A stretch of DNA of 64,000 nucleotides from Schizochytrium sp. TIO01 (lineage: Eukaryota; Protista; Bigyra: Labyrinthulomycetes). Numbering within the stretch: the stretch's first letter is position 1; each line of letters starts with the position of its first letter. The position numbers and the translations under genes are program-made. The stretch spans positions 6,996,029 to 7,060,028 of the forward strand of contig SMSO01000014.1 in NCBI GenBank assembly GCA_004764695.1, written 5' to 3'. Shown one piece after another: positions 21,309 through 33,694 of this stretch. A model generated the notes under the pieces. That model had not been told where the DNA came from and searched no databases. It was given only the letters and a program-made list of their open reading frames with translations.

Positions 21309-24300
21309 CCTCGCTCCCTCACTCGTCGATGCAAGGGCAATCAAGCGCCGCGGCCTTCCCACAGGTCGTGGTCGGTACAGGTGAACGCAAAGCCTTGAAG
21401 GCAAAGACGCGGCCACGCTCGCGCCTTCGAAGATGCGAGTCTCCGCCGCTGCCAGAACTTGGCGCGTGCGGAGCAAACTCGCTCGCTGTGCTTGGACTCG
21501 CAGTCTGTCTTTTTGTCTTTTAGTCTTTCTCCTGAGTGTTTATCTCAAGTTCATTAAACAACAACAAATAAATAAATAAATTAAAATACTTATGATAGTT
21601 ATCACTTATGTGGGTTTTTAGTTTGTTTTTGGTTTGAGTGATTTGGAAAGGACTAAGTAGAGGCTAGTCGAGTGGTAGCATTGCTCAAATACAGAATACT
21701 TTGAAGTAAAAGAGAAGAGGAGAGATTTGAACAAAGCACTAATGGTGAGTTGTGTTAAGGAGTGCACAGCTTTATATTACGTATGTACTAGTCCTTTGCA
21801 GATGGTAAAAAGTTGTGAAAATGAAAAACTTGAAAAAGTCATTCCTTGCCCAGTTGCTCTGTGAATGAATCAATCGATATTGAGAGACAGCTTGTCGCCT
21901 GCTAGCGTTCACAATTATACGATGTAATTCTTCTACTACCCTCACCTTGTAGGGTACTATGTTGAAGACAGCTAGAGACTTTTGGTTTCTTTTTCTGGCT
22001 TAGGTAAGAATAATAAAGAAGGTCCAAAGGCAGCATCTTTGATGTAGGTAAGACTTGGCGGTTCAACTTATGAAATATACAAACAAGCAACATTTACAAT
22101 GTCCTGTCCTTTACATCTTGCAGGCTCGAGCTTTCCCTCTTTTGCTGTCCTTGGCTACCGTAAGAAGCTGTGCCCAATCGCTGATAACCTCCCAGCCTGC
22201 GAGGCACAACTAATCTCTTCAAGTTGGTGTGCGCTGGTAATCTCTCTTGTACTTACTACATTCTGTCTTTCTAAAAGAGTTTTTCCATTCGCATTCGATA
22301 TTGGAGATAAAGTCTGCATCGTCATTGTTAGGTATTCTACTTCCCCTGATTGGGATTGTATATACACTTCTATTACTGAACAAATCGGCGAGAGTGATGC
22401 AACAGAAGCAGGAGGCGAGCGTACGACCGACCGAGTGAGTCAAGGGCTTTCCAATTTTAAACCTCTTTCTCTTTCTTTTGAAAAGTTAAAAAACAAAACA
22501 AAAACCTTTTAGATTAAATTATTGTTGAAAGCAACACCTCCGAAAAGGAGCTTGGCTACATGATGCATAGGTTTTTGTTTTCAAAGGCATGTTGAACTGT
22601 AAGAAATAGATGCACAACCTAGGGAGGTGTTTCTCCCACTACATATAGGTAGGCCTATATATATTTCTTTTGAATGGAGAAATGAACAAAATAACTTGAA
22701 AGTAACTCAATTTTTTAATTTAATGAATAGAAGTAGTAGCCGATTAGTGCACAGCTCATTATGGAGGTTAAAGTTGAAACGTCTAAAATACCACCCCTGA
22801 TTGTCTTTACAACAAGGGCACGTGCCGGCGAATAGGGTATATTACCAATAATAAGGGTGTGTACGTGTGCACGCGCAAAAGTCAGAAAAGGGATTATTAT
22901 TTTTTAAATATAATTCTTTGTCTTGACGAGTGATACTGAGATGTGAGGCATGTCAGGGACTGGAGTCCAGTTTGAGGTGATATTTGATAGGTGGTTTTCC
23001 TCTCAACTGCTGGCATGTCTGCACGTCGTGGGTCTTCTTTGCTACTGTCCGTGGGGAAACACGGCCTTGATACGGCACATCGAGGTTCGCCTGAGAGTCT
23101 AACTTTTTTTGTGATTGACGCTGTTTTAAAAAGGTAATTGAATTCACCAGCTGGCTCTGGAACATGTTTTGCATCTTGCCATGATATCGACAAGTCCTTG
23201 GTCCTAGCAATAGTAGTACGTATGTCAAAAATAAGTTGAAGTACCTGTTGTCATTTGGGCGCGAACTAGTTAGAAACTCATAACACACTGGTAGGGAAGA
23301 ACGTGCCATCTGAAAGTGGGAAGAGCAAAATTGAGATCATTGTGAACCAAGGACACGCAGAATAGCTGCTGACCAAATTAGATCATATTTAAATATTATA
23401 GTAAGAGATTATTATTCCCGCTTTTTCGTGGTAGGCTTGAAGAGACAATCGTATGAACAAATGACTAAAAGGATTAGTGGTATACCTTTTTTTTAAATGT
23501 CTTTTTTATGAGCAGAGCTATTATGTGTGGGCTCTTTTACTTGAGTTGAATACCACAACGGCATTTAAAGAGTGGTTTATTTTGGCTTGAGTTTTTACTC
23601 AAGCTAAAAGCTTCAACTTATTACCTCTGACTATTGAGAGTGCCAAAATGAAGCTATGAAACCGGTCGGTAGTACGTACCGATACCTACTAAATTGCGTA
23701 TTATAAAAGACAATTTACAAAGTCTAACTGCTTAAAATGATTATTAGAGGTTGGTTATATTTTGGTTTTAACTCTATTTATGTAGTCATATTCAAATTGG
23801 ATTGATTCAAAGAAGACAAATGAACTACCTATCTAGATAGTACCTAGGTACAGGTTCATTCTGTATTGAAGCTTCTCCAAGCCTTGCACCAAAGTGGAAT
23901 AAAGTGATGATAGGAGGTTATAAACAACGAGTAAACATGATTCATCAGGAGCAGATACTCCACGTTATATGCTACTACGGCGCTACATGCGACAAAAAGT
24001 AGGGTTAAGAAAAGTCTGTATGAGAAATGAAGAAGTAGGGGCATTTTGAATGCTTGTCATAGCCTAATTGTTTTGTTCATCTCCTTCTGTTGAAGAAAAT
24101 AAGCTAAGCATGTGTGACGTCAGCTTCTTAGTCTAGTCACGGAGAGGTGGTTTTTAGGAATTTGCATGTACGCAACAATGGTCCGCTACTTCTCCAAAAT
24201 ACAGCAGACGTAGCACTATAGATTTGAGAAATAATGAGAAATAAGAATCATGTTGACGACAGACATCAATATTTCAGGTTGGGTGCTGTCGTCGAACAGA

Positions 24301-25233
24301 TTGGAGTTTTACTAGCAAACGGGAAAGGGGTAGCAATGGAAGTAGACGTAGTGATCTGCATCGATCTACTCACACCTATTATTCATCCTCGCAATTGATT
24401 AGAAAACAACTGTATCCATATGGATGCAGCCGTGACCGAACGACACAAAGCCCTGCAAACGCAAAGGGTTATGATGGTACGAATGTTGTAGCCTTTGCGG
24501 AAGCTTTATATTCGGTGACTTGGAAACGGAAACTCGAATAGTTTGGCGCATATCTCAAGCTTTAAGACAGCTTGACTTTATGAAGCAAGTGGCACGATTG
24601 TGAGCGCATGCGAGAGGATATTTGGAGGAGGGGAAAGTCAGTTAGCGATACAGACAGAGTATAAGTCTGGTAGTATTATTATCATCGACGTCATCAGCAC
24701 TATAATCGACTTCGTCGGGGATCAGGCTCACTTGCTCACTCCTGACTACGTCCAATAAAGGCGAGTCCAAAGAAGCGGCGTGGGTCCGAGGGTTAGGAAG
24801 TGAGGAAAGAGAAATAAGATTGAAGAAAAGAATTTTTGGTCTTGCGGATACAAGACCCCTGACCAAGCTTATTTCTAGTTGCCGTAAGTGTCAGAATAAC
24901 AACAACAAGAAGAAGCTTAGTTGGCTACTAAGCTCACATCTATAGACATAATTGCGTATAACCCAGAAGTATGATCTCTCTCTCAAATGCACCCATTTTA
25001 AGAGATAGTAGGGCTGGGATCAATGGATATGACATATAGATGAAAGAGGCAAGCGAGTTTGGAGTGACCTTTGCAGCTGTGTTTACTGATCATAAAGAGT
25101 CACATGCATGCATGAAGGACAAAACCCCCTTCCCTGCTTTGGCAAAGTAAAGAAGGGAATCAGGTAGGCAGGCGTACAACAAATGGCAGCACCCGCGAGG
25201 TTCTACGAAGCATATTGAGGGCTCAAATTTGAT

Positions 25234-25746
25234 CTAGTGAACGGGTGCAAATAGCTCAGCGACCTCTTCATCGTAGTAGTCATAGGGATCATCTTCCTCA
25301 TCGGATTCGTCCCCCTCGTCAACGAGATGCATATTCATGTCAAAGCGGCGACTGCAGATGCGTGCCTTCATAACATCTTGTGTAGATGAGCGAGATCTCT
25401 TTTCAATCTCCTTTAGTTCTGTTTGACGCGGGTCCTGCTTCCTCTCAGGTGGTTCGTAGTGAAATTTGAGCTCAGTTTCCCTATCCAATTCACGCTGCCT
25501 TTCAAGCTCATATTCTTGGTCCATAAAGTCTTCGGGACCATAATTTGCGAGACGGTCTTCTCTGTAGACCTCCTGGTTCTTGCCTCCTCCACGTTGTTTC
25601 TTCTGCTTCCGAGCCTTCTTGTCCTTCTTCTTCATACGCGCTCTTTGCAAAAGAGAAGGTCTCCGCACGCCTTGCGCAGTGTGCATGCCCTCTTGTTCCT
25701 TACGTAGGCTGAGGCGCCTTCGTAGAGAGGAGGTGCTGGAGCCCAT
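25234..25746 (-). CDS. Small hypothetical protein, probably N-myristoylated, with a basic N-half and acidic C-terminus
   Basis: The first ATG (25746) gives MGSSTSS (MGxxxS), followed by polybasic tracts and an acidic tail (DEGDESDEEDDPYDYYDEE); 170 aa. The ORF track starts at GTG 25791. Confidence 0.65.
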   Translation of the reverse strand: MGSSTSSLRRRLSLRKEQEGMHTAQGVRRPSLLQRARMKKKDKKARKQKKQRGGGKNQEVYREDRLANYGPEDFMDQEYELERQRELDRETELKFHYEPPERKQDPRQTELKEIEKRSRSSTQDVMKARICSRRFDMNMHLVDEGDESDEEDDPYDYYDEEVAELFAPVH

Positions 25747-28068
25747 CTTGCTACGTGCGAGGCCACAAGCACCACTTGAGTACACAGACACGGAGGACTG
25801 TCAAGACGCCCCGCCACTGCCGCTATTGGCGCTGGAGGTTCTGGTCGCCCCCTTGATACCCGTGGTGGTGAACGTGGCTCCTGTGCTAGGTCTCCACGTT
25901 CGCCGTCTGCGAGTGTTGATTGAGCACAAGCCACTTTGCTGTTCTTCCTTTCTTTGTTTCTCACTTAAAACTTTTCGTCAGAACAAAACAAAATTTCTTT
26001 CATTTGAAAACAAGAAAGGAAAGCCTAACATCAGATAAGCCACTCTTATATAGAACATCTGGAAATAGCCAAATGGGTGCTCTTCGGCAATAGCTGCGAC
26101 ACGCGCCCGCTCTCTGCTCCTTCACCCTCCCTCTGACCCCACTGGCATCTACTTACAACACCCTCCTCACAACGCCCTTCCTCGTTCTCTCACTTTTCCA
26201 GTGGGACTCCCTCTCTGTTCACTGGGATTTCTTTTCCCTCTCAGGAACACAGATCTCCTCTCTGCTCCACTGGGGCTAATTGGGCACCTAACATCTCCCT
26301 CTCTCAGATTGTGCACACTCCATAGAAAGAAAGAGTCCTTTCATTTCGTTTCATTCACAACTTTGACTTGAAAATGTCCTCGCTTCCTTTGAAGATTGCT
26401 TATTCCATGTAGGACGATGGCCTCCTTCTTTTTGCCAGGCGAGGGAAGAAGAACTTGGAATTCTAATTTGCACTCGAAGTATTTCGAGCGACAAACAAGC
26501 TGACGAAGCTTGTGTGAAGATCTGTATTTTGTGTATTATTGTTGTCACTGCCTGTGAAAACGGTGCATGCGAGAACCACAAGGTGGCTGCTAGCTGCTCT
26601 GGTATAACGCCAACCATGACACATGCAGAAATTAGGATCCAAACTTTGCCTAGTTTGCAAATGGGTGATAATATTCCTATGCTTTATTTTCTTTTATTAC
26701 CTAATTTCTTTAAACCAAGAACAAAAAACGACGACTCTCACTAAAGCAGAAGTTATTCCAATAAATTCCTTACTTGGGTAAACTCAAACAAAAACATATA
26801 ATGCTATAGCGCAGTATTGGCTAGCGCCAACTGGTTCTATTATGCTGCAATATGAAGGCAGGCGAAAGTGGGAGACGATGGATGGTGCGGTAATCTGATC
26901 AAGCTTGAGTTTTTGGCATTTACTTTTTTTTTCTCCTTTAAAAAAAAATAAAAAAATAATAATGAACTTTATTACCTATTCGTGTATATAATAAGTAGGT
27001 AGGTACTTATAAAAAATGCACCCAAGATATATTCTTTGCTGCCTTGTTTGAGTTTCGAGTCATCAAGTCATCACCTTCCCCTGCGAAGAGATTACACTTA
27101 GACTATTGTCTTGCGTAGTGATTTTATTATAAAATAAGGCTCGAAAGAAGTCAGTCAAGCGGCACGCGGTTAGATCTGCGAGGACTTCGCTGTGCCTGCA
27201 GAGCAGGTATATGTAGAAGTCATTTGACGCGTGTTAGAAAAAGATAGCCACAATTTCAGTATATGATACTGCAACTAAATGCAGACGTTTATCCCAATAC
27301 TCAAGTGTAACCCAATAATGCTATTAGAGGAACAAACAACACAACCATATTTCGGCTAAAGGAGTGCAATCGAGATCAGCGAGTGGTCTGGGATTTCTAT
27401 CCTGGCTTGCCAAGAGGTAGCAGTACCCTAATTGATCAGATTATACGGTCAACCAGAATCATTTAGTACGCACGCTCCAATTGTAGAAGTGCACAAGAAT
27501 CGTGACAAAGAGAAAGCAGACCATACCATTGGTCTTTATTGAGATGATGAGTACCCACTAACTAACTACCTTCCAGTAGGTATCGATGAAAAGAAGCAAG
27601 CTGCTCGTCTCTAAGCAGCCCTGTCACCGGGGTGCTCATTCATCACACTCACTATCAGGCACTACCAAGCTATGAACAATCTTCGTTTTGGGGAAAAGGC
27701 GCAAACCTCTCATACTGTTTGCACAGCTCCAGAAAGCTGGTGTTGGTACTACAATTATTCTGCTTGCTTTTGACAATAAAATTATGAAATCTACAAGGTA
27801 CGACCTGCTAGGTACCGCTAATATTGACAATTTCTCAGCACGGCATTGGCATGGTAGGAACCGCCACACGCTTTCGAATGGCTTAAAACACCCCCGTTCA
27901 CCTTGTGCACCGTGCACGTGCTTTGATCAATATAAAAACTTTAATTCTTTTTAAATAAAAGTTTTGTTTCGAGCTTGTAAGGAAAAGAGAGAGGAAATTA
28001 GTTGTGTATTATTTATTTATTTTTTTGTTTCATATTTACTTTGACTGCTAGGAGATACCACTACAAGA

Positions 28069-28321
28069 GCGCACCTACTGCACGAAGCATGAGCGTCAAT
28101 ATGCATCACGCACAGTTTTTGAGAGTGGCCATCAAATTAATTGAAAAGCTGGAGTTTTCAGACTGGGTATGGCTCGGCAATGGACTCAATACTAGCCACT
28201 ACCTACTGCCTGATAGAGCCCACAGTATGCTTAGCGACGCACGTCCTCCATCTTACTGGACTGCATAGAAGGGAACATCCAAGTTGTTCGCTTTCTGGTA
28301 AAAGTCAGACCAAAGCTCGCT
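28069..28321 (+). pseudogene. Decayed ankyrin-repeat fragment
   Basis: Adjacent frames read ...THVLHL and LDCIEGNIQVVRFLVKVRPKLA, matching the ankyrin consensus (TPLHLA..GN..VV..LL) across a frameshift. An upstream LLHEA is followed by a stop. Confidence 0.4.
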
Positions 28322-30717
28322 GAAGACGATTCTCGCGCTACTTGCTCTTTCCAAACTTGTGCATTACACCATTTTATATCAAGCTCATCATCTTTCAAAT
28401 AAGCTGCTCATACACATATACATTCCTCTAAAATTGAATAATCAAGGTTTTACACCAAACTGTACAACATGTCCAGGTATTGAGGATCGACTCACAACAT
28501 ATCATATTCTCAAGTTTATCATACGATGTTTGACATCAAAACACGAATACCAAATAGCGCTCCATTGACACTTAAAACTTGAAGAGTCATTGGTCGATTC
28601 AATCATTCATTTTCATAAAACATGACTTCTTTATTTCATATGCATGGGAATATTGGAACGTTGTCCTCATTCTCTAAAGGTGTCATGATGGACGCAGTAC
28701 CTGCGGCAAATAGATGCGCTTACACGAAAACCAGAAGCTTGAAACATGGCACCCCTCACAGTGTGCATTCTCTTACAAGATTTTTTATCTTTTGTTTTGT
28801 GTGTTAGTTCTTGAGGAAAGAGGTATTGTCTAATCAACGAAATTGTTCAGTCCTCCAATGGATGAATTTTAACATTCCTAGCCAATTTTTAATAGTAGCT
28901 TGATAAAGTTCTATCGTGGTATACAATATGCGACTGAGGACCTGAAGTTATAATGAAATCATAATATTAATAGTTTCGTGTGCATATCTCGAAAGGACAC
29001 GTCATTTTTAATTTTATTCTATTAAAAACGTTGACAAAGACTACTCATCAGAAGAGGATGCGCATCAAACTTCCTAGGTGGAGAGAAGAAATGATAAAGT
29101 ATATCTCGAATTGGAGATGACTCAAATCGTAAACATAAACTTAGTACCAGTTGTCTAGTAGCTCGATGAGCACATCTTGAATCAAGGCTTATCAAGCAAG
29201 CGTGTGACTGGCTCAAAGTTCTGGATGCTGCTCTAACCCTTGGAGAGGGCAATTGTTATAGCTCTGACTTAGCAACTGGGTGATGTATAAGGATTGAGAA
29301 AGTGGAGAAGGTCGGGTCATATATAGTTCACTCAAATAGGTTGATATACAAATCCTCAGCCAGCCACCATTTTCAGTCTCAGTTCAGCATACTTTATCAA
29401 ACGTTTCTGTAAATGTATGTCAACAATCAGTCCTACTGCATAAACAAGATCCTCCAACATTCTTTCGTGAAATGAAAATAACAAGTGACCTTATACTAAT
29501 TACCTATTACATTAACACATTTCCCCAAAGCCTAGCATGCATACATTGAAGTTAAACTTTAATATTAAACTTTAATGAATTTGACCAAAGGGTTGTGAGC
29601 TACTAAACTGGCGCAAATTGAAAATAAGAAAACTCAGCATCGGTTTAAAAGCTTTCTAGCAACCACAAGAACAAACGTGCCATTTTCTTTTCTCTTTCTT
29701 TTCAATTTATGAAGTCAGATCCATGCTGCTTTGCTTTTGTTTGCTTACAAATTCTGCTGAAGTACTGTTGCTTGAATTTCTATAGACAGGAGAACATGTA
29801 GGATGGAGATCTCGCACGTTGTAAATAACCACGACCTGCAAATCCCCGCCCTTTGAGGTAAGCTGCACTCTTTGCAAAATGTCACATGTGAATAGGGCCA
29901 TCCATAGTAGTGGTGGTGGTGCCCGATCTTACTATTGGCCTTACAAACAGCTCCATTTTTATTCGTTTGGTAAAACGTAACGTGCCAATGAGCACCCCTC
30001 AGCTGGACTTTGAGTCGCCACTCAAGTCTGGTTTTATGGATCTAAAGACGTCACTGTTTCCATAGATATCGCCTATATTACAAGACAAAATAACGAGGTG
30101 TTCCCACATGGAAAGATAAAAAAGCCTTTTACTAGTAATTTACTTTTAGGTAGGTAGAGAGATAGAGAGAGGAGGTACCTAGTTCCGCAGAGAACAGAAG
30201 GTTTCCAAAGTTCATTCATAGATATGAACATGCATAAGCGGCAGTGAGGTTCATGAACGCCAAGCAATCGCATTATCTTCTTCCCTACAGAGTGCACCAA
30301 GCAAGCCAAAGCGCCAATATCGGGTCATCAGATAATAATTTGCTTGCACGTGCAGTTCCTCTCGCAAGCTCCATTCTGGCACTCAGCATTATCTCGTCAA
30401 TCGAATTTTGCCCACGTGCCAGAAGCTTATAGGTCTCTCTTCCCCGCCCGCGACCCTCGCTCAATCGTTAGTCAACTTGCGTTTGCCGGTCTCAGCTCGA
30501 GGGCCCCGTCGTGTAAACAGCCCTGGCCGGTCTCCCATCACACGAGGCGCTTCAATTCAAGCCCCCTCGCACCGGGGGTTGCGCGTTTTACCTTGCGACG
30601 TGAAGATTGCCGCAGCCATCGCTGCAATCCTGGCAACCTCCAGCGCTAGCAGAACGAACCACATCTGTTTGAAGCACAGTCTGCGACGGCTCGCAGATCC
30701 ATCTTCAACCCATCAGC

Positions 30718-30748
<31 letters not shown>
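30718..30748. repeat. (CAGG)n microsatellite
   Basis: About 8 tandem CAGG units. Confidence 0.9.
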
Positions 30749-32146
30749 CTAGTTGCCCATTCGACCCTTGGAGCTCTTCTTCTTCGTTGAGCTCTTGTTC
30801 GACGCAGAGCAGGAACTACAGCACTAGCACCAGCACCGAGCGAGCGAGTGAGTGAGTACGTACGTACGTAGGCACGTACGTATGTGCAGCGCAGAAGAAG
30901 TTTTGAGGTACGCCGCGACTGCAGTTCTTTCGACCGCACCTTCGGAAACCGCGCAGGGTGTCTACGCAGAGGACCTGCGCTGTTGCAGCTGCCTTCGTGA
31001 AGACCCAGCCAGAGTCGATTGAATTCTCTGCCACCGGAGGTACCGACGTACCAACGTAGTGCTCTTGACGATGGCTGACGACCGTAAAGGCAGTGAATTG
31101 AATGCTGATTGGTGCTGATTCAACAGGTGCTCTCAAGATAGTCCACCAACTCGTTTTGCAGGTCACTCCTCTCTGTGTGAAGAAAGGCACTGCTCTGCTT
31201 CTGCACAGGTGCCTAAAGGGAATAGTTAGTTGAGGTGTCTGTAGTCTCAAGTTCCCTTCTGCGCGGGTTCTCTCGAAGCAGATTTCGAGGAGCAGCTTCA
31301 AGCTCACGTTCACGCTCGAGCAAACTGCGGAAGCAAAGGTAGATCTTCTCTGCGACGCCACTTCCAAGAACAGTCGTCGATCTCCAAGTTGGTCACGGCC
31401 CGCATCTTCGAATCCCTGGGCAAACGAGCATCATGAGAGCCATCCATAGAGATAGATAGGTCGAAGGGAACAGAGTCGTATATATATATAATCGCGAGAA
31501 TATTGAGAGCACCGCAGCCTTGAAGTACTTTCTGTAGTGGCAGTCAATCCCTGTGACCTTGCTCAGGTTTGTTCCATCAATCGATTGACCAGGCTCGATT
31601 CCTGCTTGGACATTGAGCCCTAGTTGGGGATCGCATTCGCGTGAGGGCTAGCCAACTCCCAACAAGAATCCAAATCGGCCATTGAGTTCCTCATCGATTC
31701 CTCATCCAATAAACTCATTGGAAGTTGATTGTTTGTTTATTTATTTATTTATTTATTTATTCAATTTTTTATTTATAAACTTAGATAGAGAATAACCACC
31801 TAGCTAGTGCCCTGCTGCGGCTAACCCGTAGTAGTGTGTGACAGCAAACGCCCAAAGTCCCATTTATCTCTTAACCAATTACAAGTCTCATCATTCATTC
31901 CCTTTTGGACATCATAGCTGTGCAGAAACGCATTGCGAAAGCCACCGCGAGGGCGAAGTATTTCTCGCAGCAGGCAGAGTCTGATTGAAGAACAGGCCAC
32001 GGCGAAGCAGTCCCGGTTGGGTCAATCAGGAGCAGACATCAAGGCAGAGCAGGTTGAAATTGTAAAAGCTTGCAGGGCTTAAGAAAGCAGCGCTCTCCAA
32101 GCAAGTCTTCTGCAGGTACACATAGTTTTGTACGACTGCAAGTGCT

Positions 32147-32159
32147 GAAGAAGAAGAAG

Positions 32160-32189
<30 letters not shown>
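32147..32189. repeat. (GAA)14 microsatellite
   Basis: Perfect GAA run. Confidence 0.95.
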
Positions 32190-32190
<1 letters not shown>

Positions 32191-33378
32191 GCCCGGACCC
32201 ATTTGGAGACTCGAGCTGGTGTCATTTATCAGCACGCGTATTCGGATCGCGGTCTTTGGTTGGCGGTACCTAGCTAGCTAGAGAGGAGCTCAAGCGCTCA
32301 AGGTCTGTAACTGGTCTAGGCAGGCAAGCAAGCAAGCCAAGCAAGCCAAGCAAGCAAGTGCGAGTCGCCATCCTTTCCGTCAGTCACGTCTCCGCACGTG
32401 TTGAGCTGCCTCTTCGAGCTATCTCTCTGCCTCCCTAGTGCATGCACTTTTCAGCCACGAGACACTTTGCTTTATCCGCTCGTTAAGCATTCACCCATTC
32501 ACTCATTCACTCATTCACTCATTAGGAAGCAAGACTTCAAAAAGGGAGCTCGAGCATCTTCGTAGGAGTTTCGAAAGCCCAAGAAATCAACACACCACAT
32601 CACATCACACCACGCCACCGCATTCCATTCCATTCCATTCCAGCTCTTCCTCTCAAGCAAGCCTCTTGAAGAACGAAGAGGCGGTTCTATCCAAGTGCGC
32701 AGCACGTGCACGTTCCTCTCAACTTTTAGTTGTTTTCTATTCCGTCATATGTTAAGTTATCTATCGCGCAGAGATAATAAGAGATAGACAGACTGAGATA
32801 GGAGACAGAGAGAGAGGGAGAGAACCCTTTCGTGCAGTGCATAGTACCACCTATACTGCTTCCGCTTCAGGTTGTTCAACGTGGAGCTGTCGTTCCTCGA
32901 CGTTCCTCGAGGCGGCTATTCTCGGGCCCGGCAGAGCACGCAGAACGCGAGCAGCACGCAGCAACTAACTGGGATACATACGCAAGAGGTGGGTGGAAAC
33001 GTGCACTTCTGGAGCCTCTTTGTGCAGGTGTACTATTTATTCGTCCACTTCTCTATAGATTTCTATAGATTTCTTTCTTTTGCGTTCCTTCTTTCTTTCT
33101 CACGGATTGCAGAAGAATTACAGGAATCGTGAGCTCATAAGACCTCTTAAGGCGGAATAGGCCCCTCAAAGTTCGCGCTTTGCTCCCCAAAAGAAAGAAA
33201 GAGAGAAAGAGAGAAAGAAAGAGAGAAAGAAAGAGGAAGGAAGGAGCCGTCTCCTGGGAAATACCGGACACGGAAGCGTACACACGCGCCGCAAAAGAGG
33301 CAAACTAGAAAGGCTTTATATCGTTGTTTGATCAGTGCACTTGAGGAGCGGGAATACAGAGGGGCGCAGAACCCGAAG

Positions 33379-33379
33379 C

Positions 33380-33414
<35 letters not shown>
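33379..33414. repeat. (CAGA)9 microsatellite
   Basis: Perfect CAGA run in the 5' region (possibly a 5'UTR intron) of the NIPA/EDR2-C gene. Confidence 0.95.
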
Positions 33415-33694
33415 TAAATAAGAGATCTGTGAGACAAAGCCGCGGAAGACAGCTGGTTGTGCCGAGAGAAGGGAGTTCGCTGGAGATCGCTTTGGAGATT
33501 CACAAACTACGCGAGGGGGGTCTAACAGGCTGTGAGTGCGACATCAGCTGATTGCTACTTTGTACTGCCTGCCTACCTGCCTGCTTAGCTTAGCTTAGCT
33601 TGCTTGCTTGTACTTTTGTCTGTGTAAAGGAGAGTTTGGTGCTCCGAATACAGATTGGCGGCCGCTGCTGGTCAGGGTCGGGTGCCTTAACATC

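Noticed and set aside
30816-31367. 183-aa minus-strand ORF
   Set aside because: Non-ATG start, no internal Met or domain, and it runs into microsatellite-derived sequence; probably non-coding leader.
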